DNA of 64,000 nt, from contig MU008175.1 in assembly GCA_010909165.1 (NCBI GenBank), positions 1,045,370-1,109,369 on the forward strand, read 5' to 3'. Below the pieces are notes generated by a model. It was not told the DNA's origin. It saw only the letters and a list, made by a program, of their open reading frames with translations, and did no database searches. Positions 46,589 to 58,900 of the stretch are shown one piece after another. Numbering within the stretch: the first letter of the stretch is position 1; every line of letters begins with the position of its first letter. Source of the DNA: Anthoceros angustus. Lineage: Eukaryota > Plantae > Anthocerotophyta. Position numbers and translations under genes: made by a program.

Positions 46589-47205
46589 AGTAACACCCCT
46601 CAATGCGCAGCTAGTAAGGAAGCGACAAGTGCTGGCTTCCCAGCGGTCTAGGACCTCGCCAATTCACTCCACAAGAGACTTGCATGATTCTCAACGCTCT
46701 CAACCTCACAACACAACACTAGGCTCCAAGTAGCCCGCCGTCCATTGACGACTCGCAGGCCACCTCCTCGAGGTGTTGCTCTTTATTGCAAGAATACAAC
46801 GATGGAATCGCCATTCACGCCCAACTGCACGCCTTGATTCCATGACAAGCTCACTAGCTAGCTCTCCACATCTCTCTCAACACAAGGCTTGCAGCGCACA
46901 CTTGCCTGCTCTCTCAAAGAGTGAGTCCCACTTGTAACTTGTTCCTCAAAGCCCTTGCTCTAGCCCTTATATATCCCGTACTGACCTTAACTAGGCAGCT
47001 ATTAAATCTAGGGATTCTTACAGACCACTAATCACTAAGAGTCCTCTCTAGGCAGCTCTTTATTTGTGGCTATAGCAATTCCTCTCTAACAAGAGATTGC
47101 ATGAAGCATGCAACACATGCATCTTCTTAACAGGGTAGCTACTAACTTAACTTTTTACCTTTTCAATTTTTCACCTTTCTACCTTATTTCATCAGTGCCG
47201 TTACT
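46589..47205 (-). repeat. 5' LTR (right copy) bounded by the inverted hexamer AGTAAC...GTTACT
   Basis: Direct repeat of 38058-38623; the terminal 6 bp are perfect reverse complements. Confidence 0.9.
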
Positions 47206-47619
47206 TCCTAGCCACCTGGCCTGCAATCTTCTATAGGGCTGTCGGAAGGTTGTGCGTCCTACAGCTTTGGGTGACAGAGTCACCATGTCCATCTACCCCG
47301 GTCCCCGAGGACCGATGGGAACCTTGGTACGCACATTGGCTTGCGTCTTAAACACTCCAACGATGGCATCATAACCCGATACTGAATACTGAAAGCAGGT
47401 CTCGCACCCTTAGGTCTCGCACATGGAAACTGGCGCGCCCCTCAGCTCTGGGGCCTGACTCCTTGTGGGCTTTCTTTTGTGAGGTTTAAGCTCGCTAGAT
47501 ATTCAGGTAAAATTAAATGGAATTAGCTACCCATTATTGTTCACGTAGTGTGGTGATTTGCTTGGTGATCAAGGGTTTAGGGTACTATGGTGGTCTGTTT
47601 CTGGGTGAGGGGGCAGCCA

Positions 47620-48230
47620 ATCTCAGTGCCCATGTCATTGCTGGAGCAGCTGTAACCCACATGGAAGATGGGGTCAGAGTGGATATTGCTGAATTAATTT
47701 GCCGAAGCCCAAAGACAGCATCCATGCCATCACCCTTGGAGTTGAGGTCATTGGATATTGCCCTACCACAGAAAATGCGGTTCTCATCTACAGGATTTCG
47801 CATGAAGTGGATAAGCCTGTTGAAGAAATTCTTTTTATGAGTGCGGACTGCTGTGGAGAGAGAAAAGAAACTTGAGTCTGATCGCTGCAAAAGAGCTGTG
47901 AAGTCTAGTCAGAGCAGCCACCTCTCCCATAGCACTGCAAGCGGGCACTTCTTAAGTGAAGAGTCGCAATGGCTGATCCTGAAGATGACCAGCACCGATC
48001 CTTGCGCCAAAAGGTCTGGTCGTTACAGTTCATCTCCGCTTCTGGATTCGAATCACTTCTCCCCCTATAGAAAAGGGCTGCTCTCTCCTGAGTCAGCATC
48101 TGTTGTTTTTGGTTCCCTTGTCGATAGCTGGGATAGGCTCAGGGAATGTGCTTTTAAAGTTCTCACAAGGTTTCCGACACCGTTGCCTGGCATGGATACT
48201 GAAACAGAAGTTGAGAATGTTTTGCTTGAC
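47620..48230 (+). pseudogene. THADA: Fragment of a THADA/Trm732-like (tRNA 2'-O-methylation cofactor) gene
   Basis: VTHMEDGVRVDIAELICRSPKTASMPSPLEL, MRFSSTGFRMKWISLLKKFFL*VRTAVER and GSLVDSWDRLRECAFKVLTRFPTPLPG match plant THADA as I recall it. It has an in-frame TGA and no 5' or 3' continuation. Confidence 0.8.
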
Positions 48231-49384
48231 CCCGCACGCGAAGCCCGGTCCGTAGCGGCCGTACGCCACCGGCAGCTGGCTCGTGGCCCAGTGACCAGGT
48301 TTTTTGTGGAGGACTATAGCGGGCCTGCGTTTCAGTGGCTCACGCTTGCTTTCACTTTGGCAAAGCCGTTGTTTCCTTTCCCAGTTCCATTTCTATTCCG
48401 ACAATGATGCAGGGGATCTCCAGGAAGTCGTCTGCATAAGCACCATTGCCATGCTGTCCCAATTTGTGTTTCACGTACAGTTCGGAAGCCGAGTTCCAAC
48501 GTAAGCTTGGCATATTTTGACGTCGCTGGCATTCCACCCAAGAAAGCCTCTTGATGGCTCGTAGCTGCAGCTGCAATTGCTGTCCTCTGGCAGGATATTC
48601 GGATTGCTATCACGGAAGAAAGCTGGGAAACTACAGATCACTAGCTACCTGCAGACCCCTGTGGCAGACTTACCGTACCACGGTTGCAAACTCCACATCA
48701 CTGTCCTCGTAGTCCTCTCAGGGTGAAAGAGAAGAATTGCAGCAGCATGCAGGTACGCGAGCTTGGTCATTTATGTATATGGCGGATGTCAATCTGAAGG
48801 CTTTCAGATGATTTGAAAGCCCTACACGATCGTGTGAGCAACGACAGGCAGAATAGCGAAGAGGCACAGGGGACCTGCCCAGAGAGTTCTTCGTGGGAAA
48901 GTTAGCCCAACCCTTGCCACTATGAACATGCACCTGCGTATCACAGGTTGAGTATCATATGCCGGCATTCCTTCATCGGTCGGATTCTATACTCAAGACA
49001 TGAGTGCCACTCGGTAGCCAGAACAAACGCCGTCTAGGCCACCACATTCCAAAACCCGGCATGCATCTCACAGATGCCTGCCCCTCTGTTTGTCACCTGT
49101 GCTTGTATTTACTTTCAGAATGAAGGGAAGAGAGTAAACGTCGTTAGCCAGATCAGGCCCTCCTGCTCCATTTGTCCATACACGAAAGCGTGTAACTCCA
49201 GGTCATGTCTGATCCCGCTCTGGCTGGGCGTCCTCCACGCACCTGGCTCGTCCTAAACATGACTCTCCGCTGCTCGATCTAGGCCCGGCATCAGCATATA
49301 TTTGTGACATCAACGCGTAAGCAGACGACTCGCCTGTGCATGTAGGTGTACTGCACCATCTCTCTCACCTGCACGTTTTCCAGT

Positions 49385-49852
49385 CTGACGGCAGGCAGCC
49401 AAGAGATGCGCGCTAGATTTTTGACAGCATGGCCACAAATGTGGTGAGCACATAATGCAGAGCAAGGACGCGGCCAGGAGGCGCGTCTTCTGAATGGAGT
49501 CGGACAAAATGGAGTAGTGTAAGAGGGCCTCATTTTGCCTCACCGTGTTACTTTAGCTTGCCAGATGTGAAGGCCAGGGGCCTGGCCTGTGGAAGCACTG
49601 GTGCCTTGCAGAAGGGCAGGTCGCTGCACTCACATATTGTCAAAAAAAGGACTGCTGGATGACACCCTGGTGGGCAGTGGGCGCCTGCTTGGGTGGACAC
49701 ACGTGCAAAATCTGGTGAACTGAAAGAAACACGCCGGGTTTTTTGATGGCATGGCCTTCAAGAACGTGGTAACATGGACCAACATGGACCAATATGGAAC
49801 AACATGGACCAATATGGACCAACATGGACCGCACGGATTGCTGGGCATAAAT
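49385..49852 (+). pseudogene. Decayed PLS-PPR fragment
   Basis: GS..DAR*IFDSM, AEQGRGQEA, EGLILPHRVTLAC, ACGSTGALQKGRSLHSHIVKKGLLDDTLVGS and FDGMAFKNVVTWT..IAG, with stops and frameshifts. Confidence 0.85.
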
Positions 49853-49854
49853 AT

Positions 49855-51680
49855 GGTTTCTGAGCGGTGCGAGTTTGTGGCTTTTGGAGTGTGGGCGATC
49901 CCGAAGTCCTATGCTGATTGGGTCGCATTGCATGTGGATATCCACAATGAGCTCAAGGCCGCAAGTGGGCAACTTGCCAGTCTTATCCCTTTAATTTGTC
50001 CACTCCTTCTACGGGTCTTCTTCCAATCTGTACTATCAGCATGGGTCCGCGTTCGAGGGAGTTCGATGTTGGCCACAGCAGCTAGCTCCAGGCAGGGATA
50101 TCCGTTGGGGGCGCCTTTTTTGCCATGGCTCATTTCCGGGCTCTGTCCATAACTGCCTCTTTGTTTTGGGATTGTATGTATCCCTCCGTGGCGAACGACA
50201 CCCATATCATGGAGCCAGGTGACCGGGTCACGGGGGCTTTTGAACTCGTCTTTTCTGAGCTCTTTCGCCTTGGTTTGAAGGTGAAGATTTTGAAGTGCAA
50301 TGTCTGGTCCCTCTCTGGCGTGGGGCCCTCTTTTCAGTATCCTGAGGGGGATATTGCTTGTCCACAAAGTCTTCGTGTTTTAGGGTCCCAGTGGGCCCCC
50401 AGCTTTTATACAGGAATTCGTGGATGCAGCCTTGCAGGAGGACCTGGCACATATTTGCGATCTCTCCCAATTGGGGATCTACAGGTAGCATTAGGTATTC
50501 TATCTTCTTGTTTTGCGCGCTGGCCAGGCTACCTCCTCTGCACAATTCCGCCCTCATTGGGGTTCTTGTCCAGCTTGAGGGGCTTTGACAGGCAAGTCCT
50601 GCAAGCGCTGGCCAACATCATTGGCACGGGCACAGCTTTGAGTGCGCCGCCAAGGACTTGGCCAGGTAACAGGTGTCCCTCCCCGTCGTGTTTGGGGGCA
50701 CTAGTCTTTTGGCCATGGAGACCTCTGCGCCGACGGCTTTCATTGAGAGTTGGGCCTTCTATGCCCCATCTGAGTCTCCCGTTTCATCATCAAGGACTCT
50801 CGCATTTTGGAGTCCTTCGTCGCGGGGGTGGAGGAGGGCGTTTTTCCTCTATAGGTGTCCCTCCGTTTGGCTAGGGGATCCCTACCCACTAAGGCTAGGG
50901 CTGCACCTAGTCCAGCCTTTGACCTGCTCTCTCCCGGCTTGCAGTTGTGGGGTGCCCCTCGATGACTTGGGGACCCACCTTGCTCGCTATCCCGTAGGCG
51001 GGCAGCGCATAGCTATACATGATATTGTTCGCGATGTCATATTCTTATTGGCTACGGAGGATGGCTTCTTTCCTTAAAGGGAGCACCCTTATACTTTGCC
51101 CAACAGAGTTTCCCTTTGGGCTGACCTATTTTTGCATTGGCCTGGGAGACCTAGGTTTCGATCACAGATGTGGCTGTCACTGACCCTACGCGGAATACCG
51201 TCAATGAGCATGTGATCCTCAACCCTTCGGGATGGGTGGCGAAGGGATGCGCCATGGCAAAGGCTCGTAAGTACTCTCCTATGCAGCAAGGGGCACATCT
51301 TCATCCCCCTCGCCATCGAGACTCATGGGGCCATGGGCAAGGCCTTTTCTAGGTTCCTTAAGGCATGTGCCAGGGAGTACCACAGCCGCAAGAGTGGGGT
51401 TGGCTTCCCTCTTTCCTCTATCGTGGCTTTCTACAGGCAACGGGTGTCCATCGCCCTGCAGCGAGCGTTGACCAACGCGCCGTATAGGATGACGGCAAGC
51501 GTAGGACACCGGTGGCAGGTAGGCCCTTTCCTATCCCCGATTTTGACATCCTTGGCGCGATAGGTAGTTATAAGATTGGCGGCAACGGGGGTTAGTCCCC
51601 ATGGTCTGGTGCCCTCCTAAGGGTTGTTTCCCCTTGTCTTGAGGTAGATGGGTTTCCCCATCTCTTTTCCATAATAAAGT
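49855..51680 (+). mobile_element. 5'-truncated, decayed non-LTR retrotransposon of the RT plus restriction-like endonuclease type (CRE-like)
   Basis: RT remnants DWVALHVDIHN, SFYGSSSNLYY, RQGYPLG..AHFRAL, PSVANDTHI (YxDD position), GLKVKILKC, LRVLG and LPVVFGG. Then a CSCG..HLA..HD zinc knuckle (~50940-51035), WADLF/TDVAVTDP/KARKY REL motifs and QRVSIALQR. The 3' end has a hairpin (51646-51663) and AATAAA. Confidence 0.82.
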
Positions 51681-51747
51681 CTTTATTTCCCCTTTCACGT
51701 CTTCCATTTGACCAAGTTGCGTTGCACAATTTCTTGTTTAACAGCAA

Positions 51748-51829
51748 AAGCTGGCTCTTCTATTGGAGCATAAGCTGGCTCTTCTATTGGAGCACAAGCT
51801 GGCTCTTCTATTGGAGCACAAGCTGGCTC
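51748..51829. repeat. 24-bp tandem repeat AAGCTGGCTCTTCTATTGGAGCAY, about 3.4 copies
   Basis: Read directly. Confidence 0.95.
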
Positions 51830-52683
51830 GTCTCTTTTCCTATTTCGTTCATATCCAACATGCACTAAAACATCATTAAAAAACCTTTAACCTAAGGGTA
51901 TATTCAAAGGGTGAAAAATAATATATTAAGAACATGCTTAAGTTAGGTTTATGCTTTTCTTTTTTTCTTTTTCATACCGTGTAGATACACTTGTGAACAA
52001 ACCTGTTGTAGTAGGGTTGCTTATTAGACTTAGATTTAAGTAACTTAAATTTAATAAGCTTAGACTTAGTTATTAATATATCATTATTATCATATTTATT
52101 TTACAAATATTCCTACCTTTATACCTATTTTTGCTTTGAAAAGACCCATCGTTTTATAAGTGTTGTTCCTATCCAATAACTTTGTAAATATGTAATCTAT
52201 TGCCATGAATTCAAAATTGGTAGGTAGCTGTATGATTATCAAATCATACAATGTTTAGAATCTAGACATATGCAGCGCACAAAAGTACTCATTATGTAAT
52301 GGTGAGGACATTAAAAAAAAATCAAAGGATAAAAAATAAGTTAATTCTCACTTAAGTATGTAGCTTCTCATAGGTACGTCCAAGTGGCTCTCATAAGTAT
52401 AGATGCATGTCCTCACGTCTTTCATTTCATAAGAATTATCGCATGTCATTGTTGAATCCTACTATGCAACGTGCCCCAAGTGTTGAGCGGCAATAGCAAT
52501 ATATGACCTGAAAGATGGTGATGAGATGCTTATGGAAGATGTTGAAGACATGTCAATGGAAGATGGTGATGATGAGATGTGAATGGTAGATATTGAAGAA
52601 ATGTCCATCAAAGGTAATAAGAGATGTCCATCGATTTGGATTATAGTATAGCTACTATGCTAGCCAAGATGAGAAATTACTTA

Positions 52684-52854
52684 GATTCACATGATAGAGT
52701 TGAACATAACCAACAAACCGATTTAGCTTCTAGAAGGGCTAATTCACGTGATGAAGTAGAGCATGACCAACAAACCAATTTAGCTTCTATAAGGCTTGAT
52801 TCACATGATAGAGTAGAACATAACCAACAAACCGCTATAGCTTCTAGAAGAGCT
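52684..52854. repeat. 57-bp x3 tandem repeat (19-aa unit DSHDRVEHNQQTDLASRRA) in an AT-rich TE-like tract
   Basis: Units start at 52684, 52741 and 52798, in frame within ORF 52624-52917. Confidence 0.9.
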
Positions 52855-55800
52855 GCCTTACGCATTATAATCGAGGTTCCAATCCACGAAGGTTATGTGA
52901 GATTTAATCACACATAAAAATTTTATCCTCAGTTATGCACAATCACGGAAGATCCCTTGGGAGATCTAATCGATACACTGTTTGAACTTTCTTAGTGAGA
53001 ATGCTACAATATTTTGGGGTTGACCTAAATTTTGATTTTTTATTCAAAAAATAACTACAATTGATTTCCACTCTTATTTGTGTACCACACTCATCATAAC
53101 ATAAGAAATACGAAACAGTTCACTATGGTTAGTCAAACCTACTATAATTTGGAACGTCATAATATTGGGTAGGCACGCTACTAACTTATATAGGATACAT
53201 GTCCTACGTGGGACAGATACCCTATCCTATGCATCCTTCTTAGGATATGTTTGTTATGTATCAAAAATCAATAATAGCAACACAAATTAAATTCTCTTTT
53301 ATCCTCCTATTACTGTTGGTAACATTTTAAAGTTGGTCCCTTGGGTAAGTGACCGTGTAGCTTGACAAAGATAATGATTTCACTATGCAAATTTAGTGAC
53401 AGTTGACTGCACTAGAAAACTTCGTCGATAAGCTGCAATCCAACGCAATTAACCAAGGTTGGACCTTAGCGGCTGGAAAGAGGATAGTAGACATTTCTTT
53501 AGGTACATGATTCAATTGCACTGCGGGAAGTGAGTAAATTTAAGTTTATTAGGTTTCAAAAAGAACTTATATATGATAAATTAGATTTGAAAACTAACAT
53601 AAAAACACATATTGTACATTACAAATGTACTTCATGTGTCAAGTTCATAGTACTGAACATAGTGTTTTGAATATTCCAATTATTAATCTTCAAGGAACTT
53701 CACTACTTTATGTGTCAAGTTCATAGTGCTCAACATATTGTTTTGAATATTCTGATTATAAAACTCTTAAAAATTCACTGCATTCCACTCTAATCCATTC
53801 CTTGTATTGCATTAAATATTTTATATTTTATATTCTAGTGAATGAATTTATCTAATGTCTTCTAAATCTTTAGTCTTCGATAAATGAGCTTATATTTATT
53901 CTTTGGTAAATGGGCTTATCTTTGTTCTTTGGTAACTCAACTTATCTTTATTTCTTCTCAAACCTTGGTTACAGCGCTTCTCTCTCACAATACAACCTAG
54001 TCCGAAAGCCATCTTTAGAACAATCTAGGTACTTTCCTCACATACCCATATCCTTAAAAAAATAAATAAGAAGTCCTAGAGAATGGATAAGAATCCATGA
54101 TATATATATTTGTACCATAGTTTTAGATGCAAAAACCCATTTTCCCCAGTAGAAGTACTCTGGCAAGTTTATACATAATAACTAATTGCAAGCCAGGTGT
54201 GGTAGCAAACGTTAGTTGCATGGATGAGAAACAGCTGGAAAGGAAAGAATCTCCACACAGCAGGCACGCTACTAACTATGGTAAGTATACTTGGGACGTG
54301 TGGGCCTGCCTTTGCACTCTTTAGCCGTCGCAGCTGTCGCAAACTGAAGTATTATGATTTCAAGGCACAAGGGATTCGAACCCAAATCCTCTCACAACAC
54401 GAGGGGCTGCCCATCTAGCAGTGCCTCTTTCATGATTCCACCACCTCCTGCATCCAGTTTCGGATCCTGCTGACAGCCGGCAGTTCCCAGTATCAACCTT
54501 CCTCCGAGACTTATCCTGCAGGTGACTTTCATTTTCAATAGCGAGACACCAAGCCACCTGGGAGCGAGTTGCTTCTTACCGGAAGGGCGGGCGGGGCGAG
54601 ACGAGCTTCCTACACACATATATCCAGAAAGCTCTCACCTTCCATTTATGATAAGGGAGTAGACTCCTAAAGCTAGACTGCGAACCCAGTTGGGGAACTC
54701 CATTACCACTGCCCTCTATAGTGCTTGCTTTTTCACAACTACAAGTGCATACTCTCATGGATGGGGCAAATACACCCTGGCATGCACGAATCAACCTTTC
54801 ATACCACAGGATGCCCTTTGTCCGTACACCATGCATCATGTTAATATGAACCCGAGCAGTGGCACACACAAGAGTGAAACGAGCGACGTTCGATCGTGAG
54901 CAATATCGTCACGTAACAATCCAGTCATGGCCCGTCTGCTCTTGGGGCATAGAACGTTGATCTAAGCCATAAACCCAAACCTTCTCACGCATCGTCCATC
55001 TCCAATCAAAATAGCAACCCTATAAGATCAGGAAAAGGGGGAGGATTAGACTGTTCAACTTGTGAACAGGGTCAGATCACAAGCTACTAGCACTCAGCAG
55101 ACTTGGCAACAAAAAAGCAGGGCTACAGTGATAGGTGATAAAACGACTCCGTTACCACAGTTATCAGCAACCTGTGTTTCCGCACATTGACAAGGAATAG
55201 GCACCACAAACGTCCCTCTTGCAAAACGTAGACCATTACGAGCTACGTTGCTGGCTGCAGTGAAGTAGCTGCATTTGGAAACTGAGACACGGCCGACTAA
55301 TCAGCTTCCCAGGGGCACCTGACAACCTATGTACAACCTGCGATCCGACTTCAAGGTAATTTGCAGCAAGGAGATCTGGGATCTAGAGCAAGTGGACGCC
55401 ATCCATACTTTTGAGCCAAACATCTATTCAGAGAGGCGATGAGTACTGAGTAGCTCAGTTCCTGCAGCTCGACATACACTCACAGGGAGTTCAACAGTTT
55501 CTGGGCGGGACAAGGACCTGATTGGTAACACCATGACATGGATGAATGTCTTATGCACATTAAACCCCTTGGTAGAAAAAAAACCAGAAAAATCTCCAAC
55601 GGGCTTTGGCAATTTCCACAAAACACGACAGAGCCAGTTTAAGGGAACTGTTTCCCTGAGACCTAAAAGATCCTCTGTTACCTCCAACCGACTTGATAAA
55701 ATGATATTCGATATCCCCCATGCAAGGTGACTAGATAGCAGTGCTTCTGGGCTCCAAACGAGGTATCCTGCTCGCAACTACAAACATTGAAGGGGCAAGC

Positions 55801-55954
55801 TCTTGGCTCTCAAATAGCCTTAGCAACTAAAGTGCTGGACTTGCTAGCAACAAATAGGGCACAAGCCATAGCAAAGTAAAGAGTAACACACAGACCTGGC
55901 AGACTGTCAAGATTGGCCAAATATTTGCAACCAGGCACCTCATCAGTGCTCAAC

Positions 55955-58900
55955 CTAGTTCAACGAACCCCTGCACCTGGAACACAAACGGTCATTTCAA
56001 TCAACTCTCTAGACCAATGGTTCTTAAGCTAGGAAAACGTTCAGCAGTAGATCCTCATGCTAGAATGCTAGACGAAGCAGACTTTTAGTGGTTTGGTTTA
56101 CAATCTAGATAAAATTCATATGACATAGTATGCCGATACACAAAATGAAACTAACCTTGCTGCACCACAAAAACAGGGAATCTTTTTCTCTTCCAAGGGG
56201 AACTTATAATTATATGTGAGCTCCTCTCCAGGAGAGATTGGTCTTTTGGCATAGATGACGACTTTCTTCTGACCCTCCACTGTGATAATTTTAGTATAGC
56301 AATTTGGCTGCATGGTGCAAAACACTGGAAGGTCATGCATGCTGCTAAAGTACAACCAAAAAACCAACTGCATATGGAGAGCACAATTAGGAAAATCAGA
56401 AATGAAAGCCGACAAGCTTCCCTCTTCTAATTTAACGAGATGTTTGCAGGTCAATCTCACCTCACAGGAATGGTTAATAAACCTGGCAAGCCCTCCATGT
56501 TTAGTTGCATCAATCTACTTTGCCAGAACAGCAGTAGCAGAGGAGAAGTTAGATCTGCAAGTCCACCTTGTGTCGAAAAACCAAAAAATTCCAACATGCA
56601 TCATTGGCAAGCAAAAACCAGACTACGGCACGTACAACGTGTTCATCATCAATGCGAAACAAGTAGCTGCTGCCAATACCCATTTTTTCATATTGCTGCT
56701 CACGGAGATCCGACACCTGTGGTACCAAGAAAACTTTGTAAAGATGCAAGACAAAAAGGTGCTCAGCCACAAATCTAAAGTGAAGCAAAGACGAACCTTT
56801 GACCGAATTATTTCACCAACATACTCAATTACGAAATCCTCTGCAGCAATGTTCTCCAGAGCAACCAAACCCCACTCGTGTATTTTGCTTCTTTGAAACT
56901 TCAACCGCTTTTTGCGATTCTGCAGGAGTGGACAACCCATTAAGCAAGTCCGTGCACACAATATTCCTGCCGAAAGAAGGAAAATAGTTTTCATGCAGAG
57001 AGAGATGAGTAGTTGCCTTAAGTTGGCTGAGCTTCATAATGTCAGGCACCACAGCTAATTTTCGCAGCTTTGCTCTCTTCGTCCGTGCAGACTGTAAGCT
57101 GTTTTTGTTGCTTGCACGAAGGGGAGCAGATACTGCTTTGGTCCTCAGCTTGCTACCAGATGTGGTTCTTGGTTCAGAGTCCACCTTGTGCTGAATGACC
57201 CTATCCTTCAATCGAGCTGCTTTGGCGGATTTACGCCATTCCCACCCATCTATACAACATCGAGCACATCCCCTTTGACTGGGAGGGAGAAGAGATTCCT
57301 GAGAATCATAGGAGGTGATAGCTGTTGCACCTGATTGACTTGCCTGATGGATGGCATCAAATGCCTTCACAACAGAAGGTTCCTTACTTCCGTCGTCAAC
57401 AACAGTCTTCTCTGAGCCTAGATATCCTGTTCTTGGACTGCTGACTGAAGCTTTTCTTGGACTCTGCAGTCTCTCTTGGGACTTAATTAGGGCTCTGTCA
57501 CCAGTGTGCGCAGCTGTAGGCATTGGGAGCACCTCAACCTTAGAGTCCAGTACTTTGGAGGCTTGAGTGTCACCAGGGACGTGGGGGAGGACCCTACCAT
57601 GTTTCAGCTCTCCTGTTATCAGTGCACCAATTGCCAGAGACTCTGCATATGATTACCGAACACGATCATTCAGAATAGGCACATAACCATCTTGAAAGTG
57701 AAATATGAACATCTTAGAGCGACCTTGAACTCTAGAGATACAGCAATCCATCAGCTCCGTCTGTAAGTACCTTTTCCTGCCAAATCAGGCCGACGAGTTC
57801 CCTTGAGACTGTCATCACCCACAGCCACGTGTGCTCCAACAGGATTGCCAGGATCCAGCCTCACACATTGCTTCTTCTTGGAACTATCCAATCCAGCTCC
57901 GTTCAAGGCACTAAAATTTCTGATTTTGGCCACCCTAACACCAGGACTTGATGTCTTCTTCCCTGGAGTTTTCGAATGGACTTTCTCCACCTGTCCAGAG
58001 AGCTTGATTTGATGAGTCTCCTCTAACCTAGACGTGACAATCTTTGGCCTACATTGGCCCACAGATGGACGTTTCGGGCTGCTGTTCTGTGAAACGCCAG
58101 CTGGCTGATTGGTGCAGCCTGAGACGGCCTCCACTCCGCCAATATCTGCAGTACTACCACAATATCGCTCTGCAAGCTGAGTTTTCTCCCTCACAGGCAA
58201 GCTTGACTTTTCAACATCCTTAGCCTTAAAATCACTTTGTTTCTTGGCTACAATCCGAGGGGCACAAGAGTCGTCCCCAGCACAAGAGCTTGCATCCTTC
58301 CCAACTGATGATATTGCTGTGCCCTTTACCATCTTTGTTTGGCTGCCTGTGTTCGTGGCACCTGCAGACGACTTCAACTTAGATTGGCCAGCAGGCTTAG
58401 ATTTGCTGACTACTTCTCCAGGGCCACCAGTACGAACAATCCCGCAGGTGGAAGAGGTTCTCTCTAAGCCAATTAGAGTCTTCGTAGGTACACCAACTTC
58501 TTGTGAGCCAACGTCTGTCAGGAGCAGGGATCTATCAATTGAAATACCAACAGTCCTTGAATTCTTAGATGGCAGCTGCTTGGCTGGAACTGATGGATGA
58601 CAAAAGCCTGGCGGACCTGCAACAACAGCCTCCTCAATGTTGCAAGGTTTCCTGCTATGCGGAGACTCAGACTCAGACGTGGGCCTACTCCTCTCTCCAG
58701 CAATGAGAGGACATGTTCCACCTTCAAGGACCTTTTGACCACTTTGTAAGTTGGGCTGCACCACGAAAGACACACATGCAATGCTCATTCAATCCTCCTG
58801 AATCAAAATCTTGTATCCACCTACGAAGTGAAGGCTACTGAATTTCACAGACAATGTGGACGCAAGGAAGGATATCAAAAGTAGGATCTCCAAGTCACTT

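Larger units (their letters stand above)
38058..47205 (-). mobile_element. Decayed Ty3/gypsy (chromovirus-like) LTR retrotransposon with a nested insertion
   Basis: Direct-repeat LTRs at 38058-38623 and 46589-47205, Met-tRNA PBS, PPT, gag, CCHC knuckle (~41740-41800, CYSCGEPGHYANEC), protease (LLDLAATHNFI), RT (YLDD), integrase (IVSDRDPRF; GPF..VFHVSFLKP) and a chromodomain-like remnant at ~38650-38800. Order is PR-RT-RH-IN; TSD TCCTG/TCCTA. Confidence 0.95.

Noticed and set aside
48352-48576. AYADD (RT-like motif) in a short minus-strand ORF
   Set aside because: No other RT motifs appear at the expected spacing; it is probably chance.
54364-54425. tRNA-like element on the minus strand (B-box GGGTTCGAATCCC, GGCAC/GTGCC end pairing)
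   Set aside because: It is only ~62 nt, with no proper D arm or anticodon arm, so not a tRNA gene. At most it is a decayed tRNA or SINE head; tRNAscan-SE and a copy search would settle it.
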